Source of the DNA: Octopus vulgaris
Taxonomy: Eukaryota
NCBI GenBank assembly: GCA_951406725.2
Contig: OX597827.1
Coordinates: 40,238,001-40,302,000 of the forward strand
DNA length: 64,000 bases
Reading direction: 5' to 3'
The notes under the pieces are model-generated. The model made no database searches. It was not told the origin of the DNA and worked only from the letters and a program-made list of their open reading frames with translations. Positions 1 through 15,400 of this stretch are shown here, in pieces. Position 1 is the stretch's first letter, and each line of letters starts with the position of its first letter. A program made the translations under genes and the position numbers.

Positions 1-299
1 AGATTGACAGATTTATTGCCAAAGGCTAAATGTATATTGCCAATCAATTTACACATCAGATTTACACAACACTTGTGTGGACAGACTAACACTTCTTGTA
101 CAAAGATACAACAATGGCAACCCAAAGGAGCTGCATATAGTCACTTAACTTGCAAACAATAATCTATTTAATAAACTTCACTACACACGTGCACATACAC
201 CATCCAGAAGAGGAAATTTCAGATTGGAAGCAAAATAAGAATCAAAAAACCTTTAAATAAATCTAAGATTAAAGTATTAGCATAAAAGAAAACAGCCAT

Positions 300-970
300 C
301 ACCATCCAGGAAGTGGCCATGCTCGATCTGCAGAAAAGAAGGGGGTAGGAATTCCAAATGATGTACTCTAAACTATGGATGCACAAGAAGTGTAGTGGGA
401 TCACAAGCAGTATAAGCAGGCTGACAGGAAAGATAGACTTCATACGTAACAAATATAATTAACAGTAAGAGTATACATGAAATAAATTCCTTCAAATGCT
501 CAAAAGGTTCCCTATAATTAGGTGATCTAATTAGCAGTGGAGAAGAGTATTCTGAAAGCACAGCTACCAGGGTAATAACAGTATGAAAAAAAATTTGAGG
601 AACTATTGACACTGCTAACAAAGGAATTCTCTCTCTGAGTGAAAGACAGATTGCATGATGCTTTTGTATGACATGCAATGTTGTATAGTAGCAAGACATG
701 GGTATTAGATGCAGAAGATATGCAAAGATTGGAAAGAAATAAGATGAACATGCTCTGTTGGATGGGTCATATTAGTGTGCATAGACAGAGCACAAATGAG
801 CTGAGAGTAAAAAAGATACAAGAGGAATCATAAGTAGCATGCAAAAGAGATGACTGAGTTGGTATAGACATGTGAGGCACCTTAAAAACGACTGTTGAGT
901 AAAGCCTGACAATCCAAGTAGAAGGAACCTACAGGAGAGGAAAACCAAGGAAGACACAGGAAGAAATTAA
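300..970 (+). mobile_element. Degraded RTE-clade LINE fragment (3' part of ORF)
   Basis: Resembles the RTE copies at 44845-47140 and 35755-36870 (e.g. WMHKKCSGI, 'gaaagaaataagatgaacatgctctgttggatg'); many stops; boundaries approximate. Confidence 0.6.
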
Positions 971-3900
971 GGAAAATGCAAAGTGTATTGGTTATTTGTG
1001 AACAAACTATAGTGAGCTGTAAATGGCAGGTGGCCCAAATTACACTTTGTAGTATGCAACAAACATCGACTTGCTCATTTCTTTTTCAAATGTATCAACA
1101 GCATCAACATGTGAATTCCAATTTGACACAAAAAATGAAAAGGCATGTGGCTCTAGCAATTCAGAGATCACCAGCTTCTTGAATGTAGTGTTCAAGAAAA
1201 AACTAGAAGACTCAAGCAAGGGACTTGGCATCTATGGCTAAGATCTATTATAAAAATGAGAGCTCCAGCAGACCAATGTGAATTATTACCAAGAAGCTTA
1301 AAAGATAAGTGGTGCAAAAAGAATCATACAAGTTCTACATAAGAGGGCAGTTCATGTTTGGCAAAACCCAAGACAGCCATATAATCATACAACCCCAACA
1401 TCAAATAGCTTTCTAAATCTCCAGATTTAAATCACCTGAACTGAATACTGTTGGTGACAGAACATTCACAGGGCCACTAGACATCAACCCACAGGACCAA
1501 CTATTTGTCAGAGGTTTTCATTGTTAGTGTGGTAAGTGGCAGCCACCTTATCCTGCTATGCAACTGCTTCATTTTTCCTTTTTTTTTTTGTTTGATGCTT
1601 TTGTTTTTCATTGTATTTTGTTTTGCCATTAGTTGCCTGGCACACATACAATATATATACATAGAACTGCCAGTCATGTGAAATGTTTCAAGTTGTAAAA
1701 TCAGAACTTAATAGAAACAATAGACAGGCACAAAATAAGAGATATTGGAGTAACTTAAGAAAATAGAAAACTTCAAACAAAAACTCTACTCAACCTAAGA
1801 TCAGTAAACAATATACAAGGATGCATATAAACTTTTCTTATATATGCTTTTGTTCATGCCACTAGCTCAACAATACACTTTTCTTGTTTCTAACCATACA
1901 ATTGTGAGCAGTAAAAAAATAAACCTGTTATCACCAAGAAACCAAGCAAACAGTGCAATGTGTCTTAATCTTACAACCACTGTGCCTCAAACTGTTTTGA
2001 TTTTAAAAGCTACAAATATAATCTTTCCATAAAAATTAGAGATCTTTCAAGATGGTGATTAACTGATTTCCAAGGAGCAAGCTCACAATAAATATTCTCC
2101 TTTGATATAGTATTAGTTTACTGTTTGCATATTGCAGCTAACTGAAGAAGTTTGGTATCTTTATACCAAATGCTTAAGTAAACTGAGATTGTAGTGACCT
2201 ACTCAGGAACAAAAAAAAAATTTTTTTTAACGCCTACTTGCAGATTTGAACTCAATCTAGTGAACTCATAATCTAATATCATTTAAATTTTCTGTGTACA
2301 TACATATACATGAACTAAATGTGTCAGCTTTATTGTATATGCACTATGTACATCAGATCTCAGCTGTAACTTAGTATTTAATCAAATTAACACTGCTTTT
2401 GAATATACACAGACATTAACCAACTCTTCTCATTCAAATAAAAATATATATAAAGAACATTATTAATTCTCTGATACTGGAATGATTTCTGTATTCTAAG
2501 TATGGCATGACACCATTCTCCACAATCCTATGTCATCTTGTCTGTAAAGCCTAAATCCTTGGATCAGACAATAATTGTCTCCTAACATATCTTCCTCTGC
2601 CTCCATTTAAGCCCCAATCCAATATTTGTAATAACATCCAACTCCTTTTTTAATTTGTAACCAACAATCACCCTTATTTTAGCATCCCTTTTTCAAAACA
2701 GGAATGATTGAATAGGCCTCTCATAAATCTTTCTTCAAGAGCCTTGATTTCATGTTCTTTCATATGGGGGATCTAACCTCAGACAAGATGTAACTTCAAC
2801 TCTTTTCTACACAACCCGCTCTCAACCTTTGTGATCCTACTACATCATTTTGTTTAACCAGCATGTACTATCTACTTACATTACATGTCAATATCAACAA
2901 TCACCTCTTCTAATATGTCAATGCTCAATTTTTCAACACACTTAGACATGCATTCACATAGACACATACAAAATGTACTTCTTTTAATGAACTTTTCATG
3001 TTCCATAAACAAACTTGAAATTAAACATGCTAACTTTATAGTAACAATATTTGTGTTATTAAGGAGTTATCTGACAGCTTGTGCAATCACATATAAAGCT
3101 GAAAAAGCAAAATAACCACTACTAGAAATACTACTATAGGTTCTAAATAAAAAAGTAAAGTCAACAGTATAGTTTTAATAAAGAAATTGATATAGTTAAT
3201 TAAGCTAATCACAGTAAATGACTACTGCTTTATCATCTTTAGAAGGAAGAAAAACAGGACTCCTCCAGCAGGGCTCAAAATTAGAACCTAAAGACACAAT
3301 AAATATTATATTTTACTCCAGTTCTTTTAGTTTTTGCTAAGTTATTGCCCTAGAAGGGATATTAAAAGACTAGGAGGCAGGAAATATCAAAGGAACTTCC
3401 TACACAGCATAGCAGCACTGCATCTGCCTCAAACATCTTAGTACCTTTAAAGTGTTGACCAGAGCAGTTTAATGTGGGACTTTCCACATTCGTTCAACCA
3501 TTCTACATGATAGCAACCAATTCTTATGTGTACTTTGTTTTATTTTTTATTAATTTTATTATCTTTTTTTAACGAAAACTACAAGGTCTAAATCTTATAC
3601 ATGCTACCCAAAGGTAAAGGTGGGATGATCACAACTAGAAAACAAAAATTTATCTTTTGAAGATTCAGCCTCAATCCTCTGGATACTTTATATCCATTTA
3701 CATTCCAAAAATACTAGACTTACAAGATGATCTGAAGTATCTGAATAAACTGAAATATTAGATCACTGTATTAAATTTTCTCATGAAAACACTGACAGAG
3801 GAATGAAGGATTACTTGCTGACAATAAGGCACCAACAAAAAAGGTTAAAGTTAACAACCTTATTAACATTACACACACAAAGTGCAAGCATTACCTCTAA

Positions 3901-4996
3901 ATACCTTGCCAATTTTTTTCACATCTATTGTGTTTCATAAGTCAATAAAAATAATTCATTAAAAACCCCGTCCAAACAGTTTTATATGCTGCCAGCTCAT
4001 TTCCTGTCAATAGCAGCAAAATACAAAGCATATGGTGATATCAATATCTTCAATATGCATGCATTCACTTAAGTTTGTATGCATCTACTTGAAGACAAAA
4101 CAATAGCTTTAATTTAATGTTCTAGCTGCTATCAAATTCATCCATATAATTTATTATATTTGATAATTCTAATATTACAGATAGAGTTGACAGTATACCA
4201 AACAACCAATCAGAAGGCTCAGATTTTTTTTTATCTTATCAGTGTTTTGTTTCATGTGAAGGTACTTATCTATAGTGAATCTTTTTTTTTTTCCTTGAGC
4301 TTTAAGACTTATAAGGTCTGTTATTTAGTTTCCATGGTGTATAAATGACTGAGATCACAACATTCCATTGTAGGGATGCTGAATCTACCTGACTCTAAAT
4401 TGTTGAATCACTCAGGTTGGCTTTTATCTCATAGATCTATGATCAAAGGTATTTAAATCATAACCATCACAAATTTATTTTTAGGAATAATGTATTCTGG
4501 ATCCAATATATCTATTTTTGATAGACTATGGTTCAAAAGGAGATTTTGCAACTTTTTCTAGCAGGTTGAGTAACCACATAAAAACTCTTCCTAGACATAA
4601 CTGCATTTATAGATACTGACTGTGGAATGATATAACTTGCATCTACAAACAGTAGCAGCACCTTGGAAGTGATGACAGATTAATTGGCTTGCAGCTTGTT
4701 TCTACTCATGGAAAAAAGCTACCTGTAACAGACTAGAACTGGAAAACAAGATGTATCTTTTCCACAGATCCTTATGTTTAAGAGAATTAACTTTATAAAA
4801 TGTCCAATATTATAAATATACACACAAACACACACACATGTAGTCAATGTAACAAACACATAAAAAGGATAAATTTATTTCTCTGTAGACTGAAAAATTA
4901 TGAACAGCCTTAATTGATTTTCAAACCTTATTGGGTTCTCATCAGATGTTTACGTCACTTAACCAATCACAGAGAAACAAGTAGCCAATCTGGCTA

Positions 4997-7262
4997 TCAC
5001 CATCATCTGTTTTCCATGCTGGCATGGGTTGGACGGTTTGATTGAGGACTGGCAAACCAAGATGCACCATACTCCAATGTGATCTGGCAAGGTCTCTACA
5101 GTTGGATGCTCTTCCTAATGCCAACCACTCCAAGAGTGTAGTGGAGGCTTTTTATGTGCTACCAACATGGGGGCCAGTCAGGCGACACCAGCATCGATCA
5201 CGCTCAAATGATGCTTTTTACACGCCACCGGCACAGGCATCAGCCACACTTGAAAGGTGCCTTTTACGTACCACCAGCACAGGTGCCAGTCAAGGGGCAT
5301 TGGCAAAGACTACGATTTCACTTGACCTAACAGATCTTCTCAAGCACAGCATATAGCCTGATAATTGAAGGGTACTTTTAAACAGGCCGGTTATGCAACA
5401 TTGGCATCAACCACGGCTACAATTTCACTTGGCTTGCCAGGTCTTCTCAAGCACAGCATATCTCCAAAGGTTTCAGTCGCTTGTCATTGCCTGTGAGGCC
5501 CAACGTTCAAAGGTCATGCTTCACCACTTCATCTCATGTTTTCCTGGGACTGCCTCTTCCACAGGTACCCTCCACTGTTAGGGTGTGACACTTTACACAG
5601 CTGTCCTCATCCATATGCAACACATGATCATACCAGTGCAGTTGTCTCTCTTATACACCACATCTGATGCTTCTTATGTCCAACTTTTCTTTCAGGGTGC
5701 TTACACTGTCGTGTATGCACACTGACATTACACATCCAGTGAAGCATACTAGCTTCATTTCTTTCAAACCTACGCATGTTCTCAGCAGTCACAGCCCATG
5801 TTTCACTGTAGTGTAGCATGGCTATTCACACACATGCATCATACAGTCTACTTTTCACTCTGAGCAAGAGGCCCTTTGTTACCAGCAAAAGTAGGAGCTC
5901 TCTGAACTTTGCCCAGGTTATTCTTATTCTAGCCACTACATTCTCAGAGCATCCACTCCCACTAACTGACTTGATCACCTAGGTAACAAAAGTTATGAAC
6001 TACTACTAGTTTTTCCTCCAACATGTGATGGAATCTATCTTCTGTACATCGTCGGTGTTTATTACCCCTGTGCATCTGCCACACACAAAAACTATCTTCC
6101 CAGTTAACCTTCCTTTGATATTGCTGCACCTCGTGTGTCCAAAGCTTGCACCGGGTACATCTCATGGAGTTTCAACCTATTCCTTTTCTACAGATCGAAC
6201 AGGGCCATCTACCTGAAGGGATTTGTGATTTGTCTACTTACCTACTTACTAAGGCCCTTCCATTCTAGACCTTGCTCCCACACCTGTAATTTCTCTAGTT
6301 ATGGTAGTGACTCAGCTACTAGTACAAGGTCATCAACATAGAAGAGCTCCCAGGGATAGTCTGTCTTGAATTCCTGATATTGCCTGGAGGACTATGATGA
6401 ATAAGGGGGGGGGGCTGAGGACTGATCCTTGGTGAACCCCTACTTCTACCCTTCTTCACTATACTCTTCACCAACTCTCACCTTACTGACAGCATCCCTG
6501 CACGTGGCTTGTACAGCTCTCACCAACCACTTGTCTATCCCTAGTTTCCGCATTGACCACCAGATAAGGGACCAGGGGACCCAGTCAAAAGCTTTCTCCA
6601 TGTCAACGAAAGCAAAATACAGAGGTTTATCTTTAGCTAGGAATTTCTCCTAAAACCGTCTTACCAAAAACATAGCATCAGTGGTGCTTCTCCCTGGCAC
6701 AAACCCAAACTGCATCTCATCTAAACTAATTCTCTCCCTACAGGTGACTAGACTATAGCCTACACCACCAGATATTTTAAGCATCTCGGCAGTGATTCCT
6801 GATGAGCTGGGGGCTTTCCCTGTCTTCATACTCTTAATTGCTTTATCTACCAAGGTACTATCAATTCGAATAGCTGGTCAACATTTGGCAGACTCTCTTT
6901 CTCCCATTCACTCTCTTTATTGAGCAACCTTTCATAGTGACATCTCCAAGTCTCTCTCTTTGCAGCAACATTAAATGTAAGTGAGCCACCATCCATGCGG
7001 ACACATTTCTCTCCTGTGACATCACGATTCTCTCTCACACACAGTCTTGCAATACAAATCACTTCAAGTCTCTGGTCCTCACAATGCAGAACATTGGCAA
7101 ATTGTTTTCTTATCTGCTTCCCCTCTGGCTAAGTAAACCTGTCTCCTAGCTTCCCTTCTGGCAATCTGATACAGTTCCCTGCTATCACCACATTTCCAGT
7201 CCTTCCATGCCTGTTTCTTTTCCCTAATGGCCCTGTCAACTACAACGTTCCACCACCACGTT
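4997..7262 (-). mobile_element. 5'-truncated RTE-clade LINE, reverse transcriptase pseudogene
   Basis: Minus-strand fragments MKTGKAPSSSGITAEMLK and QFGFVPGRSTTDAMFLVRR, then VDMEKAFD and GVHQGSVLSP; C-terminal LHYSETW; family 3' tail 'ccaacccatgccagcatggaaaacagatgatgg'; interrupted by stops and frameshifts. Confidence 0.85.
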
Positions 7263-9029
7263 ACTCAATTAGAGAAATAAGTAAAAATTATTCATGCTTG
7301 TGTATATGTTTGAAATAAAAACAGATGTCACACCTAAAAGCACTAATCACTCACATGAACAAATACACTTGAAACACGCCTAAATGTTACTGTATGCTTA
7401 TATACCCATGTATTATTGACATAAATATCAATACAACAGGTAGAACAGAAAATAAAATAACTGGATGAGAATACTAGATGAAATTTAGAAATTGTTTAGT
7501 TGATGAAATAATGAGAAGGCTGCTAGAGATACAAATAATCTATAAATTAAGACCATAGAGAGAACAGGTGGTAGATTAAAATAGATACTTGAGATGAAAA
7601 TGGAAGAAAAGCCAATAGTAATAAACTAACAAGCTTATAGAAATAAAAAGACTTGTAGCAACAGCTGGATTTCTTTCTAATTGAACATGGTAGAACCATT
7701 TAAATAATGCAAATTTCTAGTTCGTTAAATATATACATAGACGATGGGTGGAGGTAATAAAAGGTACTGGGCAATCCAATAATTTTTTAATCCCTTTTAA
7801 AAAAATACCATTAACCAAATTTATTTCACAGAAACACAAAAAAAAAATGCTGTACTGACTTTAACTATAGAAGATTATTACTAAAATTTATTGATACTCA
7901 AAATGCTTAAAACTAATGAGCTGAATAAATAACTAAGAGGGCAGTAAAAAGAAAACATGTTGATATTTCATACAGCTTGAAAATATAGAATAAAACAGAC
8001 TATAGTGAAACTAAATTCTCACCATTGTTTCTACTACAGACACAAGGCCTGAAAAATTTCAAGGAACACACTAGTCAATTACATTGACCCCAGTGCTCCA
8101 CTTGGTATTTATTTTATCCACCCTGATAGGATGAAAGGCAAAAAATCAACCTCAACAGAATTTGAACTGACTGTAAAGTCAGAAGAAATGCCACTGAGCA
8201 GTTTGTTTGATGCAGAAATCATTTTCCCAGCTCAACAGCCTCACCATTCCTGTAATACCATAAAACTTATATTTTACCACAGACAACTATACGGTCACAT
8301 GAATTTAATAATTGAATTCTTGCTGGCAAATGGGAAAAAAAAAAAACAAATGAGTCAATGGGGAAGCCTCTCCAAGTCATGTAATCAGCTATAAATAGTA
8401 ACCAAAAAAAGAACAAAACACATGGTAGTCCTAAAAACACTACACTCAGTAAAAACAAAAGTTAGGAGGGCCACATTTGGTATACTTCTGATCATAAATA
8501 TGCTGAATCAGAGCAAATATTAGGGCTAAACATAAAGACTGACATTGTCCATGTGTATCATGATTCAGGTACTTCAGCTGTCAGAGCAGCTTGGATAACT
8601 TGTGCAGAGAATGTCATTTGCTTCAATATCTGAGGAATACCAAATGAAATGAGCAAAAGATGAAACCCACAACACACCTATCAAATCACAAAAGGCTATA
8701 AGAAACCATGCCAAAATAGACATGAAGCCTGGCCAGCTCCTGTCAAACCATGCCAGCATGAAAAACAGACATTAAATGATGAATGAATGATTGCTTAGAG
8801 GAAAATTTCAATAAACTACAAATTCATGTACAGGATTCAGTACATGTCACACCATCTTATCCCACATCATCATATCAATGGCTCCTTTAAAATATTTCTT
8901 TGCTCTTTTTAATTATATAACATGCACCATGCACATACACATTCATTTGCTTGGAAGAAGTCAACATTGCCATTTATTACACATACCACATACATTATCA
9001 TAGTTGCTATTCAATTTCCTTGTTTCCCC

Positions 9030-9420
9030 TGATAGGCACAGACATGGCTTTGCGATGAAGAACTTAGTTTCAGGTTCAGTCCCACAGCAAGACATTTTGA
9101 GCTAATGTCTTCTACTATAGCCCCAAAGTAATCAAAATTCTGCAAGTAGATTTGATGGATGCTGTAGGAAGCCTGTTGTGAGTGTGTGTGTGTGTGTGTA
9201 TGTGTGCGCGTGCACATATTTAGCTTGACATCATAACTGAGAGTAACTGTCACAAGTGGTGCTGCGCCAATTTTCCATAGAAACATGTCCAGCCATGGGG
9301 AAAAAATACAGATGAGATTTGGCAACAGTAAGGGCATCTGGCCATAGAAAATCTGCCTCAATGAAATTTGTCCAACCCATGCAAACATGTGAAAGTGGAT
9401 GTTAAAATGATAACAATGAT
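9030..9420 (+). mobile_element. tRNA-derived SINE with RTE-type 3' tail (degraded)
   Basis: Box-B-like 'ggttcagtccc', body 'tgtcttctactatagcc', internal (GT)n, tail 'ccaacccatgcaaacatg...gttaaaatgat'. Confidence 0.6.
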
Positions 9421-12400
9421 GTCTACAAGTATGAAAGTCTTGCAACTTCTCTAATCGTACCTGCAAAACCAGTTCTCTGTCAGTTCTGAAATGCCATTAT
9501 TATTTATTTATTTATTTACATAATCGTATATTTTTGTTGCTGCCACTGGAAAAAATAACTTCCAAAACAACATTTGTTTTAATACTATTAAGACCAAAAT
9601 TCCTGTCAAACAATAATCACAAGAAACAAAAACATGTATGTGCACCTAAAAAATTGAGCATATATTGTTCACATGAACATTTGAGCAATAACTACTGGTC
9701 AAATACATGTACACCATACAAAAAAGCTGTCTAAATTACTTTTCTAATTCTCAACATATACTTTGACAGAACAGATGATTCAAATTTTGTTTCAATTTTT
9801 TTTTTTAATTAAAATCTCAAATTTATAAAACAGATGCTTACATAAAACCAAAAGCAGAGAAACAAGAAGTCAAATCAAGCAAAGAAGATTTTAATTCATG
9901 AAACTTGAATACCAATTTATATGAAAAGAAGTAATTCAATTTTTCATAGATAAATGTATTTCAAAATATAGTACATAGAAAGTACTGGGAGGCTTAAGAG
10001 CTTATTAAGTAATTATATTCTAGCTTATTAAGGAATATATATTCTACTTTACTGATATGGTCAACTGATCTAGTTAGTATTTGCAAGGTCTTGATATTCT
10101 GACATTAATTGCAGTTAAACAAAGGTTGGTGAAGGAAATTCATAGATATTATTGCCAAGGTTGTGACACAAGCAACTCCAAAGACAGGTTTCAGTGATAC
10201 ATCAATGCTAAGAGTATTTATGAAGGTTGAATCAGAGGAGGAAAGTTAACACTAATTAACTTAGCAGGGTTTCTAAGATTCGTGGAAGGAAAGGGAAGAG
10301 AAACCACACCTAATTAGGTACTGTCCAACAAACAAGCTTCTCCACAGGTTGGATTGACCAGGTGCATTGGTAGGTGAAACTTGCCTAAGCTGCCATGTTG
10401 TGGCATCAAACCTGGATCCACATAATTGCAAAGCAAGTTTCTTAACGACACAGCCATGCCTGAGCCCACATTACCAGAAGGCTACAAAGTTTTTAGGTGG
10501 ATAATTAGACCCTAGGAAGACAAAAGACAAAGTTAACTTCTGTAGGAGTCGTACTTGGAAGCAAGACATCACAGAGCATTTAGTCTATCGTTTGAATATT
10601 TGTCACTCACCACCCTTATCAGTGCAAATTGTATTAATTCACTCAATATAAATCAGGGGGGGGCGTCTATAAAATAGAAAAACAAAACAAATATTTCAAC
10701 ACTAAAAGCATGAGATATTTTACTCAAACTAGAAAATCCTCTCATATTTCTTTTAAAATAAACTTTTAACACCTGTAAACAATCTATACTCATCTTTTTT
10801 AAAACTCCATATGGTGTTGTGTCAACGAAATGTCAAAGAGACTAAGGCAATGCACACAAACTGACTGCTCTAACATTTGCAAGTACAGGTTGGAGGTAGA
10901 TTTTTATTTCTTTATAAATATTTAACTTATTGAAAGAAATGGGATTGTATGCATTGTTTGACAAAAATAATCAATAAAGACACCATCACTCAATGTTCGG
11001 AAAACATTTACATTAAATATTTACTTTCGTTCAGCAACAAAAAAAAAAGTTAATTACTATGTACCACCAGGTGCCATAGTTTGTAGGTAGAGTAGTCAAA
11101 ACCTTCTCTTGATGTTTTAATGCATTTCTGATCAGGATATTATTTACATCACCACCATTTTACATTACCTCTACTAATGGTGGTGGGTGGAGGCTGGCAA
11201 AGTAGCAGCAAAAGGGACATGTAGTAGACTAGCAGTTTTTTTTAATTAAAGATTCATCATCAACTAATGCTACGGAAATGCATGGAACACTGATGCTGAT
11301 GAATCTTGTTTTTTGATTGGTTACTGTTAAATTCCAATGAAATGTATATTTTAAGCTAAATACATGTATCATTTATGTAACAATCATAAAAATTTAAAAC
11401 AATACAACATGGATTAAGAATAATTATGTAGGTTCCACCGAAGCAGCATTTCACCATGGAAATATATTCCAAATGGAATGTAAATTGCTCCAGCAAACTT
11501 GCTTGAGGCACGGTCTTTATGACCAAGTTAACTGTAGAAGTTACAAATCTCAACTCTACTGCATAAACTCAAAATGTAACAATGACTTCTACTAAGACAA
11601 CAACAACAATATGCTTAATAAATATATATAAGAATTGTGTGAGAGAGAGACAGAGAGAATCAGGCACTATGGTTCTATTACAGGGTCTTCAGCAGCTTGG
11701 AATGAGGATTGAAGGTACTAGTTTTGTCTTCATAATCCACACTATGTTAGTATTCAAGCTATTAAATGCTTGGGAATTAGCTTTGTTTTATTATTTTATT
11801 ATGTAAATGATATTGAGCCACTCCTCACAAACTGGTTTACATTTTTAACAAGTAGTCCTAAGCAACTTGCTTTCAGATGTTTGATAAATAAAGGTAACTG
11901 ATCCCTGATGAGTCTTAAAATATATTTTTTTTAAAAAACATCCAAAAACTTTTGCCATAAGCTGCCAAAAGTACTGTAGTTTAACCATAAGGCCTAGCTT
12001 CATAGACTATGTCTTTAAAATTATGACTGTATATGCATTCATATATATCAATCACAATAAATCATTATTTTTTTAGTTTACAATTAGATAAAAAGTGACA
12101 GCTAGCAAAGTCCTACTCATAGAGTAGCCATAATCTGTATCCAATAAAAATGATATTGTGCTATACAAATTTGAATCAGTATGCTTTGGTGCAGATAGGT
12201 CCAGCATGGAAGTTTAATTTAATGCTGTAAGTAGCAAGGACAATGTATTACTAGCAAGTGATTTGTCAACTAAGAGTAATGCATACTCACCAACACATTA
12301 CATTTACTGACCAACAAATGTGCTGCTTTTTTTTTTCTGTCTCTTCCTAACCACAACTACAATCACTTCTCCTCTGAAGGTGGCAAGCTACATATCTCCT

Positions 12401-15400
12401 ACCTTGGTCCACTGAATGCACTTGCCCCATTCAAACCCTGTACTAAACATTTTGCAGAGTCAATTCTCAAAACTAGAACTCTCCTTGTTCATGTTATTTT
12501 GCCAGTGGCATATCCCCCAACATAGAAGCAGAAATCTGACAATTTCTCGATTTTATGAAGTATTATTTTTATTCATCTATTCTTAGTTGCAAGATTGAAC
12601 TACAAACTGAGAATTTCTACAAATGTAAATTTCCATAAGACACTCTTTTCAGGACACTTGAAGTGGATGCATTCTTCTTTGAGATAGAGAAAAGTCCAGA
12701 GTCTTCCCAATAGAAAATAGAACAGACAGATGTAAAAAGTAAACTCCTCACATAAAATATAACTAGTGGATTTTAAATGAATGTTTTGGAACTGGTAAAC
12801 TAATTCTGGTAACCACACATTTTACATTAACAGGAGTTTCACCCATGTATGTGCACTGAATGAGGCAATACTTAAGGAGTTCCAGTAGTATCTTATTTCA
12901 ACCCTGTAAGAATATCTTCTACATATCTAACAATCATACATAGTTGGATGTGATAGAAGGGAAATTAGGCTGCTATTTCTAGAGATCTATGCTGAGTCAT
13001 ATTGAATAATGTATTCCTAGATACACTATCTGAAAAAAGACTGGATGGTCACAGCTGGAATTCTTTTAATTAGAGTTGCCTAGGATTAAAGAAACAACAA
13101 AGGCTTCTCAAGCCATTGTTTTTATTGACAGGTGGCTCCAACAGTACTTTTAGCTTAGTCCTATTTATACACCTTGTCACTAGATCAAACAATCACTACC
13201 AAGTCTTTAAGAAAGACTTTCACTCTAATCAACTATTTGATTACTTTCTCATTCTATTGAACCATAAGAGAAACCACATAAGCAATTTCTATAGTATTTG
13301 CTCTACAGAATCATAGTTTCCAAAGTTCTATTTTGAACCAACAATTCATTAGAATTGTATTCTTTCTCTTTTGTTTATCTTTAACTGTAATCATCAACAT
13401 TGGATAGCTCTTTAACACTGTCTCATTACTTGTTACATTCCAGCATCCCAAGATCAAACCTTATTACTTTTTCATGGGCTTCTTGATATTTCACTTATCA
13501 TCCTTATCTTTTATATATACCCAAATCTCATCTTTCACCCAATGATAGCTAAAGTAGATTACCACAAATTACTCAAACTTTTGGGAAAATAATTTTTGTT
13601 TCAGTGATCTGGAGTGCAGTTTTATAAAAAAAAAATATCTGATGACATTAATAGTAGTATTTGAGTTATTATTTTTTTGACTCTAATAAAGTTGAACCTG
13701 AAAAGATTTGAACTTAGAATAGTAGAATAACAAACTTTCATGAATGCTGTAAAGTACTATTAACTGTACCATAACAATGCATGTATTTAAGATTTTAAAA
13801 ATTATTAATCAAAAGAAGATAATGCTTATGTAAATTGTGTTTATGACAAAAATACATATTTAAAAACAAAAATTAGAAAGGTAAAATATAGGTATAAACC
13901 AAGTGTTTGTCTTTAAAACTTCAAAAAATAATTTACACAATTTAATTGTTAACTCTCAGTAAAACTCATTTATTAAAAAAAAATTAAATTGGATAAGTGA
14001 ATGAAAGTGTGTTGATAAATGATTTGAAGGTAATGAGTTCCGATCTGACTTTTGAAGTTCATAATCTTTAAGACAATGAATATTACTTATAACTAAAATA
14101 ACCTATTGCACTATAAAGATCTCACTGAAATAATCAAGTATTGTTTCTGATTTGTGCCAATATTCATAAGTAGTTTACTCAAGAGCTTAAAAATCTAGCA
14201 CAGTAGCTGCAGACCACTACTACAAAGCAAGCCTGTATGCATTAGTGCTTAACTGAAAGAAAATAGCCAACAGTTTCCACTTCATGGTTGTCAGCTTAGT
14301 TATTGTAGCAAAAGTAAAAATGAAATTTTATAAAAATATGTTTTAAATGTAGGACTCCTCCACTCAAGCATGAATAAATAATGTACATGATTCTTACTTT
14401 AACTTATATTTTTAATATATGTACAATTATATTTTAAAATTTGGCTTTTTTTTTTTTTTTACTATTTTAAGCTCATTATTCCATATTAGTATGGATTTGA
14501 TCATTCTGTAAATTCAAGTTTCAGAACGTGATTTACTGGAAAAGCCTTTTGTATATTTTCTCCAGGTGGTTGGCTGTCTCTCTAAACTGTAAAGTTACAC
14601 TTTTTCTTAACTAATGGTTGCTCAAGTAATTGCTTAAGCAAACCTATGATGAAAAGTATTCTAGCCATTACTACTCAAAGTTTTTTTTGCTTTTTTTTCA
14701 AGCAGTATGCATTCAGGACTATATTAATTTATTTGAAACTACACAATCTAATATGATCTTCCTTTTCCTCACAAATTAGGAAATCTTTTTGGGACAGTTA
14801 GCAGAAGGAACATACAATATAATATCCATAAAGTTTAAACACAATCCATCATAACCACTGGTTGGTCTGCTGGATCAGTGCAAACTTGATCACTCCTTGA
14901 TTAACAAGTCTTTCAGTCAAAGGCTGATAATATGTCAACAGCAAAATTTGAATACTTTATATTCCCATTAATTATATTTTCATTTCCCAGGAGCTGTCAT
15001 GCAACTCAAGACTGATCCTAACGATGAATAGATTTACACATATTGGTGAACATATGTTCTCTATGTGCATTTACACCAGGTTAAAAGTATATATAAGCAT
15101 GCATGTAAACATCTATAGACACACGTTTATATTTACCAATGTAACTACGTAATTATAATAACTATTCTACTGAAAAAATGTGTATATATGCTATAAGGAT
15201 TTAATGGATATGTATTGTTACTTTTCTATTTTTATTGCTATTATTGTTTCTGCAAATTGGCTTAGCCTTCTCTTCATCATAAACAATACCAAACAGAAAC
15301 TGATCTGAGTAAACATCCAGTTATGTGTAATTATGGTATGTAGAATATATATCATAATCATTTTTGTGCATGCTCTTTCATACTCATAAGGGTTGGATGG